Assembly: GCF_964213995.1 (NCBI RefSeq)
Contig: NC_135804.1
Span: 59,706,001 to 59,770,000, forward strand
Source: Mustelus asterias
Taxonomy: Eukaryota
Direction: 5' to 3'
DNA length: 64,000 bases
The position numbers and the translations under genes are program-made. Under the pieces are notes generated by a model. The model searched no databases. It was given only the letters and a program-made list of their open reading frames with translations, and was not told the DNA's origin. Positions 1 to 14,809 of this stretch are shown here, one piece after another (position 1 is the stretch's first letter; every line of letters starts with the position of its first letter).

Positions 1-715
1 ACGACTCCTAAATTCAATCCCCCTACCAATAAACGCCAAGACACCATATGCCTTCTTAACAACCTTATCTACTTGATTCCCAACTTTCAGGGATCTATGC
101 ACACATACACCTAGATCCCTCTGCTCCTCCACACTATTCAAAGTCCTCCCGTTAGCCCTATACTCAACACATCTGTTATTCCTACCAAAGTGAATTACCT
201 CACACTTCTCCGCATTAAACTCCATCCGCCACCTCTCGGCCCAACTTTGCAACCTGTCTAAGTCTTCCTGCAAACTACGACACCCTTCCTCACTGTCTAC
301 CACACCACCGACTTTGGTGTCATCAGCAAATTTGCTAATCCACCCAACTATACCCTCATCCAGATCATTAATAAATATTACAAACAGCAGTGGCCCCAAA
401 ACAGATCCCTGAGGTACACCACTTGTAACCGCACTCCATGATGAATATTTACTATCAACCACCACCCTCTGTTTCCTATCCGCTAGCCAATTCCTGATCC
501 AATTTCCTAGATCACCCCCAATCCCATACATCTGCATTTTCTGCAGAAGCCTACCATGGTGAACCTTATCAAACGCCTTACTAAAATCCATATATACCAC
601 GTCCACTGCCTTGCCCCCATCCACCTCCTTGGTCACTTTCTCAAAAAACTCAATAAGGTTAGTAAGGCACGACCTACCTGCCACAAAACCATGCTGACTA
701 TCACCTATCAATTGG
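1..715 (-). mobile_element. CR1 LINE fragment (RT region), 5'-truncated, continues off the window
   Basis: The reverse strand reads LIGDSQHGFVAGRSCLTNL...AFxKV...[13 protein letters not shown]...FADDTK. Confidence 0.9.
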
Positions 716-749
716 CCGTGGATCAATCCTCATGTTGAAATTTTAGGAG

Positions 750-2235
750 GGCTGGCACCTATCTTGATGTATGAATCTCGTCAATTGAAAGTATTTTAAA
801 ATTAAATTTAACTCTTGATTTTTAGACGTATCACATTACTTTAAGTAAATAAACATTTCATGTGTCTTTTTACCGTCGACTTTGGAAATGACTGAGCGAG
901 CCTTTCCTGTTCATAGAATTTAAATCTGAGTTGCATTCCGGTATCTTCAACACCAGTCCATGCTGGTTGTATACCTGTCTCTGTAAATATTCCATGAACG
1001 AAATAAAAAAAACGAAGAAACGATACATTGTCCACTTTCTTCACTTCCGGAGAAAATCTTAAACCGGTACTCTGTTTCCCTCTTCTGGGCATCAGTAGAC
1101 TGCACAACATCTATTATTTCAGCGAAGGACAAGGAGATCTTCCGGTCAGCTGTTTCTCAATACTCAGCTCTTAAATTCGAGTATATCTTTGAGAAACCTC
1201 CCAACGTTATTTTGTGTTTAGGGTCTAAAACAGCACCTGTTTACTCAGTTACAACTAATAACTTTAACATTAATTATTGGTTTTGTGAAATGCTATAGGA
1301 TGACTGTGTAGGCTTTACGGCGCCACGTCAATGGAAACTCACTACTTTCCTTTACAATTGTAAGCGTATAGTCGGGGAAACTTTCACATTATAAAGTGAA
1401 TGTATTCAGTTCCCACATTTGTACAAACAAATGTCTGAATTTGAATTGAGAATTCTTAGATATCCATTAAGGTTAAATATTCCATATTTCAATTAATTTT
1501 AAAAGCATGTAATCGTTGAGAATATGAGACGCAAATCAATGAGTGAGAGATAATTGAATATAAATATGACTCAAGCAGGGAGTGATCTCATCAGCTCGCA
1601 GAGAGATACCGTCCAGTCAAACGAGTTGTTTCCCGCACTGAAACTGGATTAGTTTGAGATGAACCCTGTCGTTAATGCGAAGTGTGTCCGAAATAAAATA
1701 ACTGCAATTCGCACCAGGAAAGCAAATAACACACGCAATGGTCGTTTTTCTTCAACTTGATTATCTCTAATGTGGAATCTTGCATAATTTCTGCAGCCTT
1801 GACCTGTCGATTAGCATGCGTAACATGCGTGTATTTGCATGTTTTAATCTGAGCTTTATATGTTGGGGAGATATCCAAGTGAAATATTTCATCTTCACAT
1901 GATATATGCAGGTGGAAATCATTGCCGAGCGAACAGGAGTGGAGGCTCCAACAAATGAACACATCTGGTCCACCAGTGTATTTTAAGATCGGCAGATTGC
2001 CCTCCGGATATGGCCTGGGCCATATGTGACACTAATCGCACAGCAATGTGCTTAATTTCAACTGCTTTCCGAAATGCCTTGCAAGCTACTTAGTTGTATC
2101 AAAAAGCTGCAGCGAAGATGAAAAATATTAAAAACGTTGAGCGCTGCCGCGTGGAATTTGAAAAGTCTTGCTGACCAATACCTATGTATTATATACAAAA
2201 TTGGCAGAACCAAGAGAGCCTGACTTAATCAAACG
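750..2235 (+). repeat. Segmental paralog of 23620-25510 (3' flank of the receptor gene)
   Basis: Colinear matches, e.g. gctggcacctatcttgatgtatgaatctcg vs gctggcacatatcttgatgtatgaatctcg; aattaattttaaaagcatgtaatcgttga in both; gttgtttcccgcactgaaactg vs gttgtttcccgtactgaaactg. Confidence 0.9.
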
Positions 2236-2595
2236 CACTGCAACTCATCTTACAAGCAATATCCGGGCGTACACACTGTCCCACCAGCAGAAAATGCTCA
2301 TCAGTCGTGGCATCTTTGTAGTTTACAGTCAGCAGGGTATGACCATAGACGTCCTCAGCATTGGCACTCTGCTGCTCGAAGTCCAATGATACCTGATCAA
2401 TTGCAGCCAAGCAAAACCTCTGCCTGCTTATAGCATGCTGACCCCTCTCAGGTGAAGAACCAGAGTTCTTTCCTGTTGAACACTACTTGAAAGGACACTA
2501 AAAATAGAGGAAACAGAATGTATTCTGCATCGAAGATGTCAATATGTTTCACCAAGAATGGCTCGATAAATGCCCACTTTTTCCATGTTAATTTT

Positions 2596-2914
2596 CATAG
2601 AATCCTGCAATGCAGAAGAAGGCCATTTGGCCCATTGAGTCTGCACCGACCAAAATCCCACCCAGGCCCTATCACCATAACCCCATGCATTTACACTCGC
2701 TAGTCCCCATGACACTAAGGGGCAATTTAGCATGGCAATCCACCTAACCCGCACATCTTTGGATTGAGGGAGGAAACAGGAGCACCCGGGGGAAACCTAC
2801 GCAGATACGGGGAGAACGTACAAACTCCACACAGACAGTGACCCAAGTCAGGAATCGAACCCCGGTCCCAATTTCTGTGAGGCAGCAATGCTAACCACTG
2901 TGCCACTGTGCCGC
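2596..2914 (-). mobile_element. HE1-type tRNA-derived V-SINE
   Basis: Reverse strand: tRNA-like head (gtggcacagtggttagc...gggttcgattcc), V-core (ttctccccgt.tctgcgt.ggtttcc), CR1-like tail ending ttctatg. Confidence 0.9.
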
Positions 2915-3981
2915 ATAAGTCCTCACCCTTTGGCAGGTGAAGCCCTCGTGAATATTCAAAACTTGGGGCCCAATGGTGTAATTTAAGCCACGATGTTATT
3001 TTGACCCTGAGCCATGTGAAATGCTCACAGTGCTAACCCTGCCCAGGGACTCTGCTGAAACAGGGGTCCTGGACCTGCAAAGAGCCCAGGTGAGTAAAAA
3101 CATTTCATGATTTGAAAGTTTTCTTGTGGGCCTGGGGGAGTTGAAGTGCTCCTCCGGTCCTCATAAGGAACCCCAGGGCGTCTGCTGACCAGGATTTCCT
3201 TTCTCCTCATGTGATTGCCACCCGCTCAGATCTCTGCCATCATTTACCAGTTTCCACTTGTCGCTGGTGACGATCTCTGGCCACATGATTTCCCACTTCC
3301 CAATATTGGCTGTTTCTGTAAATTGTATGTATGGGTTCGTCATCATTCGCCCTCCAATGGTCTTACTCAATTGCAAGTCACATGCTTGATTTCTCCTTCT
3401 AAATCCATGACCAAACCCAAGTGCGCACTCTTTCACTGAAATTGGAATGTAGACATCCTTGAATGATTGAATTTAAGCTGGTGAAATGAGACTATAAAAG
3501 ATTCAGATGTTGACAGTGTCGTTTTCTCTGTCAATGAATGTGAGCAGAGCCCCGCCTCAGAGGCTTATAACATAATGTCCCGTGTCTGCAGCATTGCTGT
3601 ACACTGGGCGCCTGAGCACCGTATTATCATTATAAACTATGCTTCAAGCTGGCTCACTATCCATCTCATTTTATAAGTGCAAATTGGAAGTGCCTTTGGT
3701 ATTCGCAGACTGTGCATTGTTGTGTTTAAGATGCTGACCAAAGTGCCAATGTAAACAGATTCCCTAATGTGTTCAGATTGATGATTTAAGCATTTGAAGA
3801 TCGCTTCAAATGCTGTGTACCCACTTAATGGGAGGTGAAGTCTTCAATTTGGCCCAGAAGTGCACCCCAGCCGTCCAGGCCTAGTTGGGCTTGCGTTTGG
3901 TGGACCTGGCCCGGAACAAGATCTGCTCGCACATTCACTGTGGCCCCACACATTGGAAGAAACCTGCACCATGAATCAGAC

Positions 3982-4170
3982 GGGACGCGATGGCACAGTG
4001 GTTCTGCATCACAGCGCCAGGGATCCGGGTTGAATTCCAAGGTTGGATGTCTCTCTGTGTGGAGTTTGCACGTTATCCCCATGTCTGCGTGGGTTTCCTC
4101 CTGGTGCTCCAGTTTCTTCCCACATTCCAAAGATGTGCAGGTTACGTGGATTGCCATGCTAAATTGCCTT
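3982..4170 (+). mobile_element. HE1-type SINE, 3'-truncated
   Basis: tggcacagtggtt...cacagcgccagggatccgggttgaattcc...gtgtggagtttgcacgtt...ccatgctaaattgcc. Confidence 0.85.
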
Positions 4171-4189
4171 ATGAACAGTTGAGTTCCCA

Positions 4190-6290
4190 TCACTGATCCC
4201 TATGACACAACACTCGTTACATCTTGCCACCCTGAAAAGGATCCTTTCATGCCATACTCTGCTTCCTGTTACCCAGCCAATATTCCATCCATGCTAATAT
4301 TTACCCCTCTATAACATGCACAATTATTTTCCACAATTATCTTTAATATGGCACTTAATCAAATGCCTTCTGGGAATTTAAGCACAGTACAGCAGCAGGT
4401 TGTCCTTCATCCATAGCACGGGCTACTTCCACAAACGTCTCCAATAAGTTGATTGAACATTATTTCCCTTTCATGAAACCATGTTGACACTGTCCAAAAA
4501 CATTGAGCTGATACAGGCGCCCTGCTGTAACTTATTTAATAATAACTTCTAAAATTTTCCCTAGGACCGTTGTCTGGTCGGTAATTTCTCAACTTCTGCC
4601 TGTTTCCCTTTTTAAGTAATGGAGTTACATTTGCTACCTTTAAATCTAATACGACCTTCCCCAAACTTAGGGAGTTTTGGAAAATTAAATCCAATGCATC
4701 AACTGTCTCGCTACACATTTCGTTAAACACCCAGAACGAACTCCATTAGGGTCTCTACTCATGTCAGCCCGCAGCTCCAACGTGTTTGCTCGGTATGAAT
4801 TATCTGGTGACTGTAAATATTTTCAATTTCTCCCTTCCTTCCATTTTGTAGTTTAAAACTGATGTTGGTATGTTACTTCCATTCTCTATAGTGAGGACTT
4901 TTCAATTCATCTTCCATCTACTTATTTTCCATTATCAATTCCAGAGGCTCACTTTCTATGGTAACACTTTTCACTTTGTTAACACTTCACTTCTTTCAAT
5001 ATTTACGAAAGCTCATTCCATCTGTTTGTATATTTTGGCTAATTTGCATTAGGTTCCCCCTTCTTAATCTTTTAGTCGTCCCTTACTGTTTCTGATGTTT
5101 CTACGAATCTTCTGATCTGCCACCTATCTTTGCACAATTATATGGTTTCATTTAAAGTTTGATACCATCTTTAACCTTTCCAGTTAATCATGGATGGTGG
5201 GCTCGTCCCTTGGATTTTTCACACTCATTGGAATATCCCTATTCTGTGCATTCTGAAATATTCCCTTAAACAATTGCCACTGCATCTCTGATGCCCTATC
5301 ACTTGACCTATTTTGCCAATCCGCTTTAGCCAGCATAGCGTCCATGCCCTCACAGCTGTCCTTAGTTTAAAACAACCTTTATCCTTCAAACTGAATGGAA
5401 AATTCACTCATTGAATCCATACAGTGCAGAAGGAGGCCATTCTTCCCACTGAGCCTGCACCGCCATTCTGACAGTGTATTTTGCCCAGGCCCTCACCCCG
5501 CCCTATCCCCGTAACGCTACGTGATTTACCATGGCTAATCCATCTAACCTACATATCTTGGGACACTAAGAGGCAATTTAGCATGGCCAATGCACCTAAG
5601 CTGCAAAACCTTGGACTGTGCGAGGAAACTAGAGTACCCGCAGGAAACCCCCACAGACACAAAGAGAATGCGCAAACGTCACACAGGCAGTCACGCATGG
5701 CGAGAATTGAATCCGGGTCCTTGCCGCTGTGAAGCAGCAGTGCTAACCATTGTGCCATCATGCTGCCCATATCATATCATGGTTGCTGATACCTCAGGGT
5801 GCCTTCGCAATGAGAGCATTAATTGCTCCAATCTCGTTGCACAATACCAGGCCTAGCATAGCCTTGTCTCTGGTTGGCTGCGGAACATATTATTCTAAGC
5901 AACTTTCCAAAAGGTATTAAATGAACACCTCAATCAGGCTACCTTTGTCCTTCTGACTTTTCTCGCCCATATGTAAACTAAAATCTTCCACGATTACCAT
6001 CGTACCTCTATGAGAAGCTCCAATTATTTTCCCTTTATACTCCACCCGACCATGTGGTTACTGTTCGAGGGCCTGTACACAACTCCCACAAGTGACTTCT
6101 TACATTTACCATTTCTCAACTCGAGCCAAATCGTTTCAACGTCCTGGTTTTCTGAATTGAGGTAATCTGTTCTATTGTGTTCATACAACCTTTAACTAAT
6201 AGAACCACCCCTTTACATTTTCCAGGCTTCCTGTCGTCTCGAAATATCCTTTGCCTTTCATTAGTCAGTTTTCAAATCATGTCCTGCTGC
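4190..6290 (-). mobile_element. Old degenerate CR1 LINE (EN/RT remnants) interrupted by a SINE
   Basis: Reverse-strand remnants such as KVANVTPLLKKGNRQKLRNYRP; many stops and frameshifts. Confidence 0.7.
5409..5768 (-). mobile_element. HE1-type SINE
   Basis: The reverse strand starts gggcagcatgatggcacaatggttagcactgctgcttcacagcggc and has the V-core and CR1-like tail. Confidence 0.88.
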
Positions 6291-8989
6291 GGTCATGCCC
6301 CTGTAGATCCTCCAAATTCGGTGGCAAGAATGGTGATCCAACCACAGCATCATCTCCCAAGGTACATATTGAACGTCGAGGCACTAATCACTCCAAATTT
6401 GTTCCGCCCGACGGCACATAACCGTTCTTCTGGGAAATCGATCTCTGCAGGAATCTCCCAGAATAGATCCCGAGGAGGAGAGCAGACGCATTTTTTGGAT
6501 GTTCCGAAAGATTCGCAGATGGGTCAAATATGCCGACTGACTCATGTGTGAACCTGGCTTTTGAGTAACGAAAATTCAGAAGATTCTTTGGTAATGAACC
6601 AAGAACATCGGGCGCATTCATCGCCATGTGCACAGTCGCATTTGAGGCCGCGCAGAAAGCGCTGTAACCTCCAGGCAACTTATCTAATCAATCCCTCAGG
6701 ATCATCCTCTCCACATGTGTCTGAGTCTGCAGATCACATCTTGGGCTTATCAACCATCTGAGAACCTATCGACCTGCAGTAGGAACAAGTCGCCCTTGAT
6801 CCCGAAAGACTATCTAAGGGAAACAGAAAAAGAACATTGCGGGAGCAGCTGACCTTCAATATGATCTGCATTTCCATCATTCACCAGAACTCGACCAAGC
6901 ATCCCAGATGTTGTACATGATAATCTAACTGTAGAATCTCTACATTGCAGAAGGAGGTTATTCGGCCCACTGAGTCTGCACCGTCTCTCAGAAACAGGAT
7001 CATACACAGGCCTCCCCGCTGCCCGATACCCGCAAATTCATCAAATCTGATCTTGGATGACAAACAGCAAAACCATTTTAACCAATTTGAATTTCAGTAA
7101 TCTAATTTCAATCTGCTACATTGTAGCTGGGTGTCAATAAACAATTGATTCAGACATGATTTTTGAAGCATGTGTGCGTCTTCTGGATTGAAAATAACTC
7201 TGGTCTGATTGCCTCGTATTCTCATTCGTACAGTTTGAATACGTAGTTGGTTTTAAGAACTAAACCATAATAAACCTGAAGGAATAACCTTTCTGTCGGT
7301 GTTTACTGATAATAGGCTTTTCCAACAAGGATCAAATTTGCAACACTAATTGTTCTGCCGTGACACTTTTTAAAAAGTGAACAAGTTGTTCAGCGATTGC
7401 TTGCATTTAATTATATTTTATATTCGATTTACTTTTCTAATGATCACAGACAGAATAATGTTATTCGGCCTGAAGTGCCTGTGCGTGTTTAATCGATTTC
7501 CGCACTCCAATTTTATCCCAATAACCCGTCAAATTAGTCTTCCTCAGGTGCATGTCCAACTGCCTTTAGAAATTCCCTCTGAAATCCAATTCCACTCTTC
7601 TTTCAGGTAACGCATTCCAAAACTTAAATCTTTGTTTGAACCGAATTCTCTTAATTTCCTTTCAGGTCACCTTTCGAACTATTTTGGCATATTTCTGTGG
7701 CCTCTGGTTACTGACCCAATCGTTTCAAACTGGAGGTGTATAATTCGGGTCTGAATTGTTTTGATCTGGTGGCGTATTGCAACATATTTCAGGCAGTCAG
7801 CATGTTCGAATTATCACGTATTCTATTTGACTGTCGCGGTGCAGAGAAGATTTTGACCGTTTGGTTTATGCAGCTCTCAAATTTATTTGTAACAGCGGGA
7901 CAGGTGCGCGACGCTCCCCTGCAAATAACAAGTTGTGGTCTGTTACTTCATTTCTCCATAGCAACAGTACAATTTTAAATATAGCTCATTGCAACATTGT
8001 GCGATACCGCCACATATATATCAACAAGAGTCACGATCACAATCAACCACCTGCATTTTATTTCTTTGCATCCATACATAAATTCTTCTATCCTGAAGAC
8101 GGAATATCGGAGCCTTTCTTATATTTTTCGAAATTATGCAAATAAAACATTAATCGCAGCCGTTTTTGCTATCCCTCTACGACAGAGACGTTACATAACT
8201 TCCACGCGGTTTCTCCATAGATTACAACACTCTTCCGCTTATCATATCGGACCCAGAAATGTTTTTGTTGGCCAGTAAGGTAGAATTAGCATACAACTGA
8301 ATTTCCCGCAATTGTAAGTGCTTTGGCTGGAATGCACCTGCTTAAGGTTGCTCATTTTACTGTACTTTAGACTATATTTCACTCCGCTCTGCTGCAGCAG
8401 ACGGGATGCTCATGGGCCTGAGTCGCAATGTATTGAATCACTGTATCTTACCGTCGAGAATCCACACGTGAAGGCGTTCAGGTAGCAGGAAAGGCTGTAC
8501 CACTTTCAACTGTCATTGTAGCTGCTGCCCTCAAGACAGGTAGACATTGAATGAAGTGTCTTTGGTGGTCACTGACTAATTAGACGTTGATTGAACGAAT
8601 GCCTTTTACTGATTAGGGTCACTGAATGGTGCATGAGGTCTTGACGGCCACTTATGTGTGGCATGTTCTATACAGCCTATTTCATCGATGGCCCTGAGTA
8701 CAATTAACGTCTCCGCCTGGTGCCCTGGAGGGTTTACACATAATCGCTGACCCTCTTGAGAATAGCATTGGTCACTCCTTGATGCTACGGAGAATTGTAG
8801 CCTGTGAGATCCGCATCTTCCCAGTAATTTCATGAAAGGTACGGACCCATGGACATTGTGAGGAATTGTGCTCTTCTGAGACACTGCAATTCGAGTCGCC
8901 CAAACCCAATTGGTCCAGCTCGAATTGAGGTAGAGTGAATAAACTAATGATGACCTCTATGGATAGCCTCTATAGATCAATCCCAAGCC

Positions 8990-11900
8990 ATGTGGTTTTC
9001 CCATTCCCTTGGAACATGGGGACATACAATATAAGAGCAGGAATAAGCAGTTCAGCCCCTCGAGCCTGTTGCACCACTGAGTAAATCATGGCTGATCTCA
9101 TCTCGGCCTCATTTCCAGCTTCCCGAATTAAAAGCCCATTTTTCTCCTCCTGAAATTTGTTTAGTGTTGCGTCATCCATTGCAATCTGCGCGACGCTTTG
9201 AGTGAAGTAATTCCTCCTCATTCTTGTTTTAAATCTGCCACGCCTTAACCTACAACTATGGCCTGACCTTCCAGAATGCGCAACATTTTGGCACTATCCC
9301 TTGCACTATCTTTACAGTCCACCTCAGCCAAAACCTTCCTCTTGAAATTATTTTAGGAGAAAGTATAACCCCCTCCCCACCACGCCATGTTCACCTACCC
9401 CTCCACCAACTCCCTCCCCCACCAGCCTCCCCCACCCCCAGCACCACCACCATTCAGCAGCATTTGCGTTGCTGGCGCTGTTACTCGGTTGCAACGAATC
9501 GGACACTTGGGGAATAACTACTGGTTATGGTGCATTTGGATTTAAAATAAATAGTTTATGAGACTCTATTTGTTAAACTATTAAAACTGGAGATCGGGGG
9601 ATGGTCATTTTATAAAAGCGTCGCTTAAAGATTTATCAATGGACAGTAAAAAGATGTTATGAATATATTGGCTTTTTTGGGTTGGTAGGCTATAAGGTAC
9701 ATTGCACCACAAAGACCAGCACATGATCTTAACCATTTATAAAGCATGTTAGCGACACAGAGGATGGGACTGAATGTAAAAGATCCAAGTTTACAGGCGA
9801 TACCGAGTTACATGACAAAGCAAGTTGTGAAGAGGATGCTAAATTGCTGTAAAGGAATATAAACTGAACTGCGTGATAAATAAGAATGGCAGATGGCATA
9901 TAAGGTGAGGGAATGTAAAGCTATCCACTTTGGATTTAAAAATATGAAAAGCAGAAAATTGTATTAACAGCGAGACAATGATAAATGTATGTATTCAAAG
10001 AGACTTGTGTGTCCTTGATCATGAATCACAGAAAGTTAAGATGCAAGTCCCTAATTGCAGGAAACAATGCTCGCCCTTTTGCAACAGGTTTCCTACTATT
10101 ATAAGTGTCCTTTTGACACAAATCTACCATTCCTGGAGGACTGTGTGTAATTTCCATCTTCCCATCTACGCTAAGCTTAGATGGGCTGGAATCGAGTTCA
10201 TGAACTGATTCCTGTGATGAGGGTGTTGTCCTATGAGAGAGAAAATAATAGACTCGGCCTTCATTCTCCATAAATGAGAAGAGTAAGTGGATTGCACATT
10301 GAAATTTACAAATTATTAAGGAGATCCTCAGGCTAGGTACCTGAAAGATGCTTCCCCTTACTGCGGAATACAAAACTAAGAGTTACAGACTCAGGATAAA
10401 TGACCAGTCATTTAGGGCTGAGTTGACAGGAAGTATCGTTACTCCAAGGTTGCGTCAATTTATGCTTCAAGAATAGGGGAACCATTTCCTGTACAAACGC
10501 AGTATCAGTCTAAGTGTGTGCTGTTATACTAAATAAACAAGTTTGCTTGCCACAGGCTAAAAATACTGTGCAGTTCTTAATAAAGAGCAAGTTCTTGAAT
10601 CCATTTTTATGTATCAACTATTGACGCTGGGCAACATGCTTTTGGCGAGTCAGTGAATGATGAATGTATAGAATCAGGCTATTTCGGTAAATGAAGCTCC
10701 CAACTCCTTTGATCTCTGAAGCTGCGAATAATTGATTGCAATTTTCTTTGTTAAACACCAAGAAATATTTTCTGAACCATGTGCTGAAGAAATTTCTTAC
10801 CCCATGCATCTGTCAGAACAATGTGTCTGGGATTAAGGGAATTTATTCCCTCAGAGCATTGCGAATCTTTGGAACATTCTACCCCCGAGAACAGTGGAGG
10901 CTAAGTCATTGAATTACTGAATTGGACAAATTTCGAACTTTCGGGAAGACAACGGTCGTGAAACAATGTCAGGAAAGTGGAGTTGAGGTCAAGGTCCATG
11001 ATCTTATTGCATGAAGCAGCAACAGAATTTCACATAGCTGCAGTCTATAACCTGATGTATTGGCATATTCCCCACTCTAACATTGCGATCAAGCCGCAGT
11101 ACCAACCCTGATTCAATGAAGAGTACAATAAGGCATCCCTGTTGGGATTAACTAAGTGGAACATTGTGCCATACAAACATTGGACTTAGGTGCAGGAGAA
11201 AGCCATGCTGCTGGTCTAGCCTGCTCCACCGTTCAATAAAATCAAACTGGTCTGGTTATGGCCTCAACTGCACGTTGCTATCTGTCCCAAATAAATCTTA
11301 ACTTGGTCTTGAATAATTTCAGTGATACAGCCTCTGCTGCCCTTTGGGAAGACAATTCCACGAACTAACGTCACTCTAGCAGAAATTTAAAAAAAACCTT
11401 ATCCTCTTTAAAATGGAGACCACCCACAGTTCTCGTGTGCACCACAACTGACAACAGCCTCTTGGTGTCTAACAAGTCAAGCACCCCCAGGGTCTTATGA
11501 ATTTCTATAAGATAAGCTTTCATCTTCTGATCGCCAATGGGTATAAGCCGAATTTGTTTCACCTTTCTTCATAGGATAAGCGCTTCATCACAAGAATGAA
11601 TCGAGTGAACGCTCTCGCTACTGCGTCTGACACAATTATATATGCTTTTTAAAAATGAGATCAAAACTATACACCGTATTTCCGATGTGGTCTCACTAAT
11701 GTTTCGGATGATGAATGGGGTGCTCGTCAAACTTACGAGTTTGATATGAATGAAATTCTGATTTTTGAGCGTGGTTCGACCTGAACTCATCCAGGAATAT
11801 AGTGCCTGCGCCATTACACGTTTGGCATGTGCTTCTTAGATGGGAGACAGGCTATCTTGCAGCCAGGGTGTGAGAAACGCCCCGCGGAATTCATAGCTTC

Positions 11901-14285
11901 TGGCTTGTTTTTTGAGTTTCACCATTTACTTGGTTGTTGCCGTTAGGTCTCTGATCAATGCTGAGCCCCAGCAGGTTGACGATTTGAGATTCAGCGACGG
12001 TAATGCTGCTAAGTGCCAAGAGCACATCGTTAAGATTACTTTTGTTGGACTTGGTCCTTGCTTGACACTCATGTGGTTCGATGTGAAATGTCACTCATCA
12101 GCCGAAGGGTGTATGCTGCCAAGGTCATTCTGCAAATGGATACGGACTGCTTCGTTATCTGAGGAGATGTAAATGGACGTAAATACTTTGCAATCATCAG
12201 CGAATATCCCATTGCTGACAAATGGGTACATCTACACTACATGTACTGCGGAGGTTGAAGAAGGCTGCTCACGAGCAGGCGCAATTACGAGTTGTCACCA
12301 GACAGCGACGTCCACATCCCTTGAAAGAATGAAAAAAAAATGACGCAAGCAGGGAAATTAATGAAGCTACGGAGATGGTTTTGCCTTGAACTCTGCTCCG
12401 CGGAGCTCATGCAGCGATGGCTGGGGGTGATGATTGAGCAGCAACCACTCTCGTCTTTCTTCCATCCAGTTGTGAGCAACCCCTCTTATTCCCATTGGCT
12501 TCAATTGTACCTTGATGTCACACTCGGTCAAGTGCTGTCAAAGTGCTGTCAAAGTCGGTAACTTTCACGTCTCTTCTGGATTCCAGTGTTTTTGTCCAAG
12601 TTTGGACAAAGACTGCAATGAGGTCGAGAGCTGAGTGCTCCTGACTGACTGATCATCATTGAGCAGGGTATTGCTGAGTAACTGTGGCTTGATAGCACTG
12701 CCGATGACAGATTCCAATAAACTGTTGTTTATTAATTATTAGAATGGTGTAGCGCAATTGGCTGGATCGCATTGCACCTGGTGAATTCTTATAGGGAGAA
12801 GCAGACGGAAAATTCTGCTGTGAATCCTTAACGATTCCTAACCCAATGTTGCACTTGACAATTTCAAGGACCCGAGACGAGAGTCTGCAAATAAACAATT
12901 GGTTTGTTGTGAGATAGCACCTTTGTAACTTGAAACGCCTTCGTCCAAAATTCCTATCTTTCCTATTTTAGCACTTGCACGAAGCAATTCAAGCAGACAA
13001 ATGCATCCGGTTAAATAGGAAAGATGCACATTGCAGGCAATGCCAAAATTGCTCACACAGTGTATCAGCAGGGCGGATTTCCACGAAGAACGTTTAAGAA
13101 TGGGGTTGATTAAACCTTCGGACTGGCCTATTTCTAATAGTTTTATGTGATGGTAATGAACTGAGCATCAAATGAAATTATAAACCTGGCCATATAGAAA
13201 GTGAGAGCTATGGTTAACCAACCACTTCAGGAACATCTGAATAATTCCCTGGATACTAATCAATGATCAGTGAAGGCAAATGAAGTAACTCTTGTTGCAA
13301 ACCCCCGTTTTTAAATTCAAAACTTTATTGATTCTTGCCTACATGGCTGCATCACTTAACTCAGATCAAACATAATTGTACAAAATAGATAACACATTAA
13401 CAGTGAATTCTCAAAATTGCTGTGAGGCCAAACATGTCTCCTTCGCGCCGCCGATATTATTTTTAATTCTGCTGCCATTTATTGTCTGGAAAGATGATTA
13501 GGAGGTTCAAAAAATTCGACACATGACAGAAGCAAATTACGAAATTTACATTAATTTTATGATTCTTTAATAGGTAGCACACTTGAGTTATTCCCGTGAG
13601 GAAAAATAATGAATTTCAACCATGTTGACCCCACAATCGAAAGCCTACCGTCGCAAAAGCAGCATTTTGAGCCCATAGACGTTCAAGACCAGATGTGCAG
13701 CTTTATAATAACATAAAAGAAGCACCTTTGGAAAAGCAGGGTGAGCACAGAAAATATAAAAGTCAGAATCAAATATTAGACAACGACAAGCAACACATTT
13801 AAATATGCTACTCTCTTTGAAGGATTGAAATTATTTCGACATAAAACTTTACTGTCTGGCAGACCTTCATCAAGTACCCACAGGAAAATGTGTTTTGCCA
13901 ACAACAAGTATAATTGCAGTAAATGTTGCCATTATGTAATCATGTAATATCAGACGGCATCTGAATTAATTCCTTCCGGTCCATAGAGACTTGGAAAGAT
14001 AGGGACGTAGGAAATAGGAGCATGAGTAGGCCATACGGTCCTTCAATGCTTCTCCTGCATATAATTACATCTTTGTTCATCGGCTACCTCACCGTCTTTT
14101 TCCAGCAATAACCCCACATCCCTAGATGACTTTAACAAGTAGAAATCAATCGATGCCTGTTTTGAACATTCTCAATGACTGCGCATCAATAGCTCTCTGG
14201 GCCAGAAAATTCTTAAGATTTACCATCCTCTGTGTGAAGACATTCTTGCTCATCTCATTCTACAATGACTCCGTATTCTGAGTCT
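8990..14285. mobile_element. Cluster of old LINE fragments: CR1 3' pieces (~8990-9270 -, ~9560-10450 +, ~10830-11010 +, ~11170-11700 -, ~14000-14285 -) and a second CR1/L2-like family (~11830-12770 -)
   Basis: Recurrent CR1 3'-end motif (aggagtaggccattcagcccctcgagcctg) and decayed RT-coding stretches. Boundaries approximate. Confidence 0.6.
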
Positions 14286-14809
14286 GTTTTATTTTATTGT
14301 TAATATTGTTAGTGGTAGTGCTTAAATTTTTTTTAAAAACATGTGCATTTGCGTTGAAACCATATTTTATTTCATAGTGCATACAACATATTTGAGAATT
14401 ACGGCAGCAGCCTGCGACGCAGCGAATCTGGAGCAATTAAACAAATATTGTATGCACTTTATTACTGTCACCTTGCATATAAGTTTCCATGCTATTTTAT
14501 TCTTTCAGTTAAGCTTCACCCTCACTCAAGTTGTTTAGGTACTGCTCTGGTTAAACCGTTAAAATTACTAATTATTGGCTAAATCTGATGGATTGGTACA
14601 GAGAAAGAATTGTACAGTTGATCTTTACTATTCTTTCTCATAACTCTTTAGTTCACGGTTGAGCGTCCACGTTAAGGCTCATCTCTACCTCATGACAGCT
14701 CATATGCCATCGTGTATCGTTTGCTTTGTCGCACCTCGATACCGGACCTTCATTGCAGATGCCTCAGTGGCTTAAATTATTTCATATTAAATTTGCGTAA
14801 TCTTAAAAT

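Noticed and set aside
2830-2914. tRNA-like sequences (also ~3982, ~5768, ~34124, ~40992)
   Set aside because: These are SINE heads, not tRNA genes.
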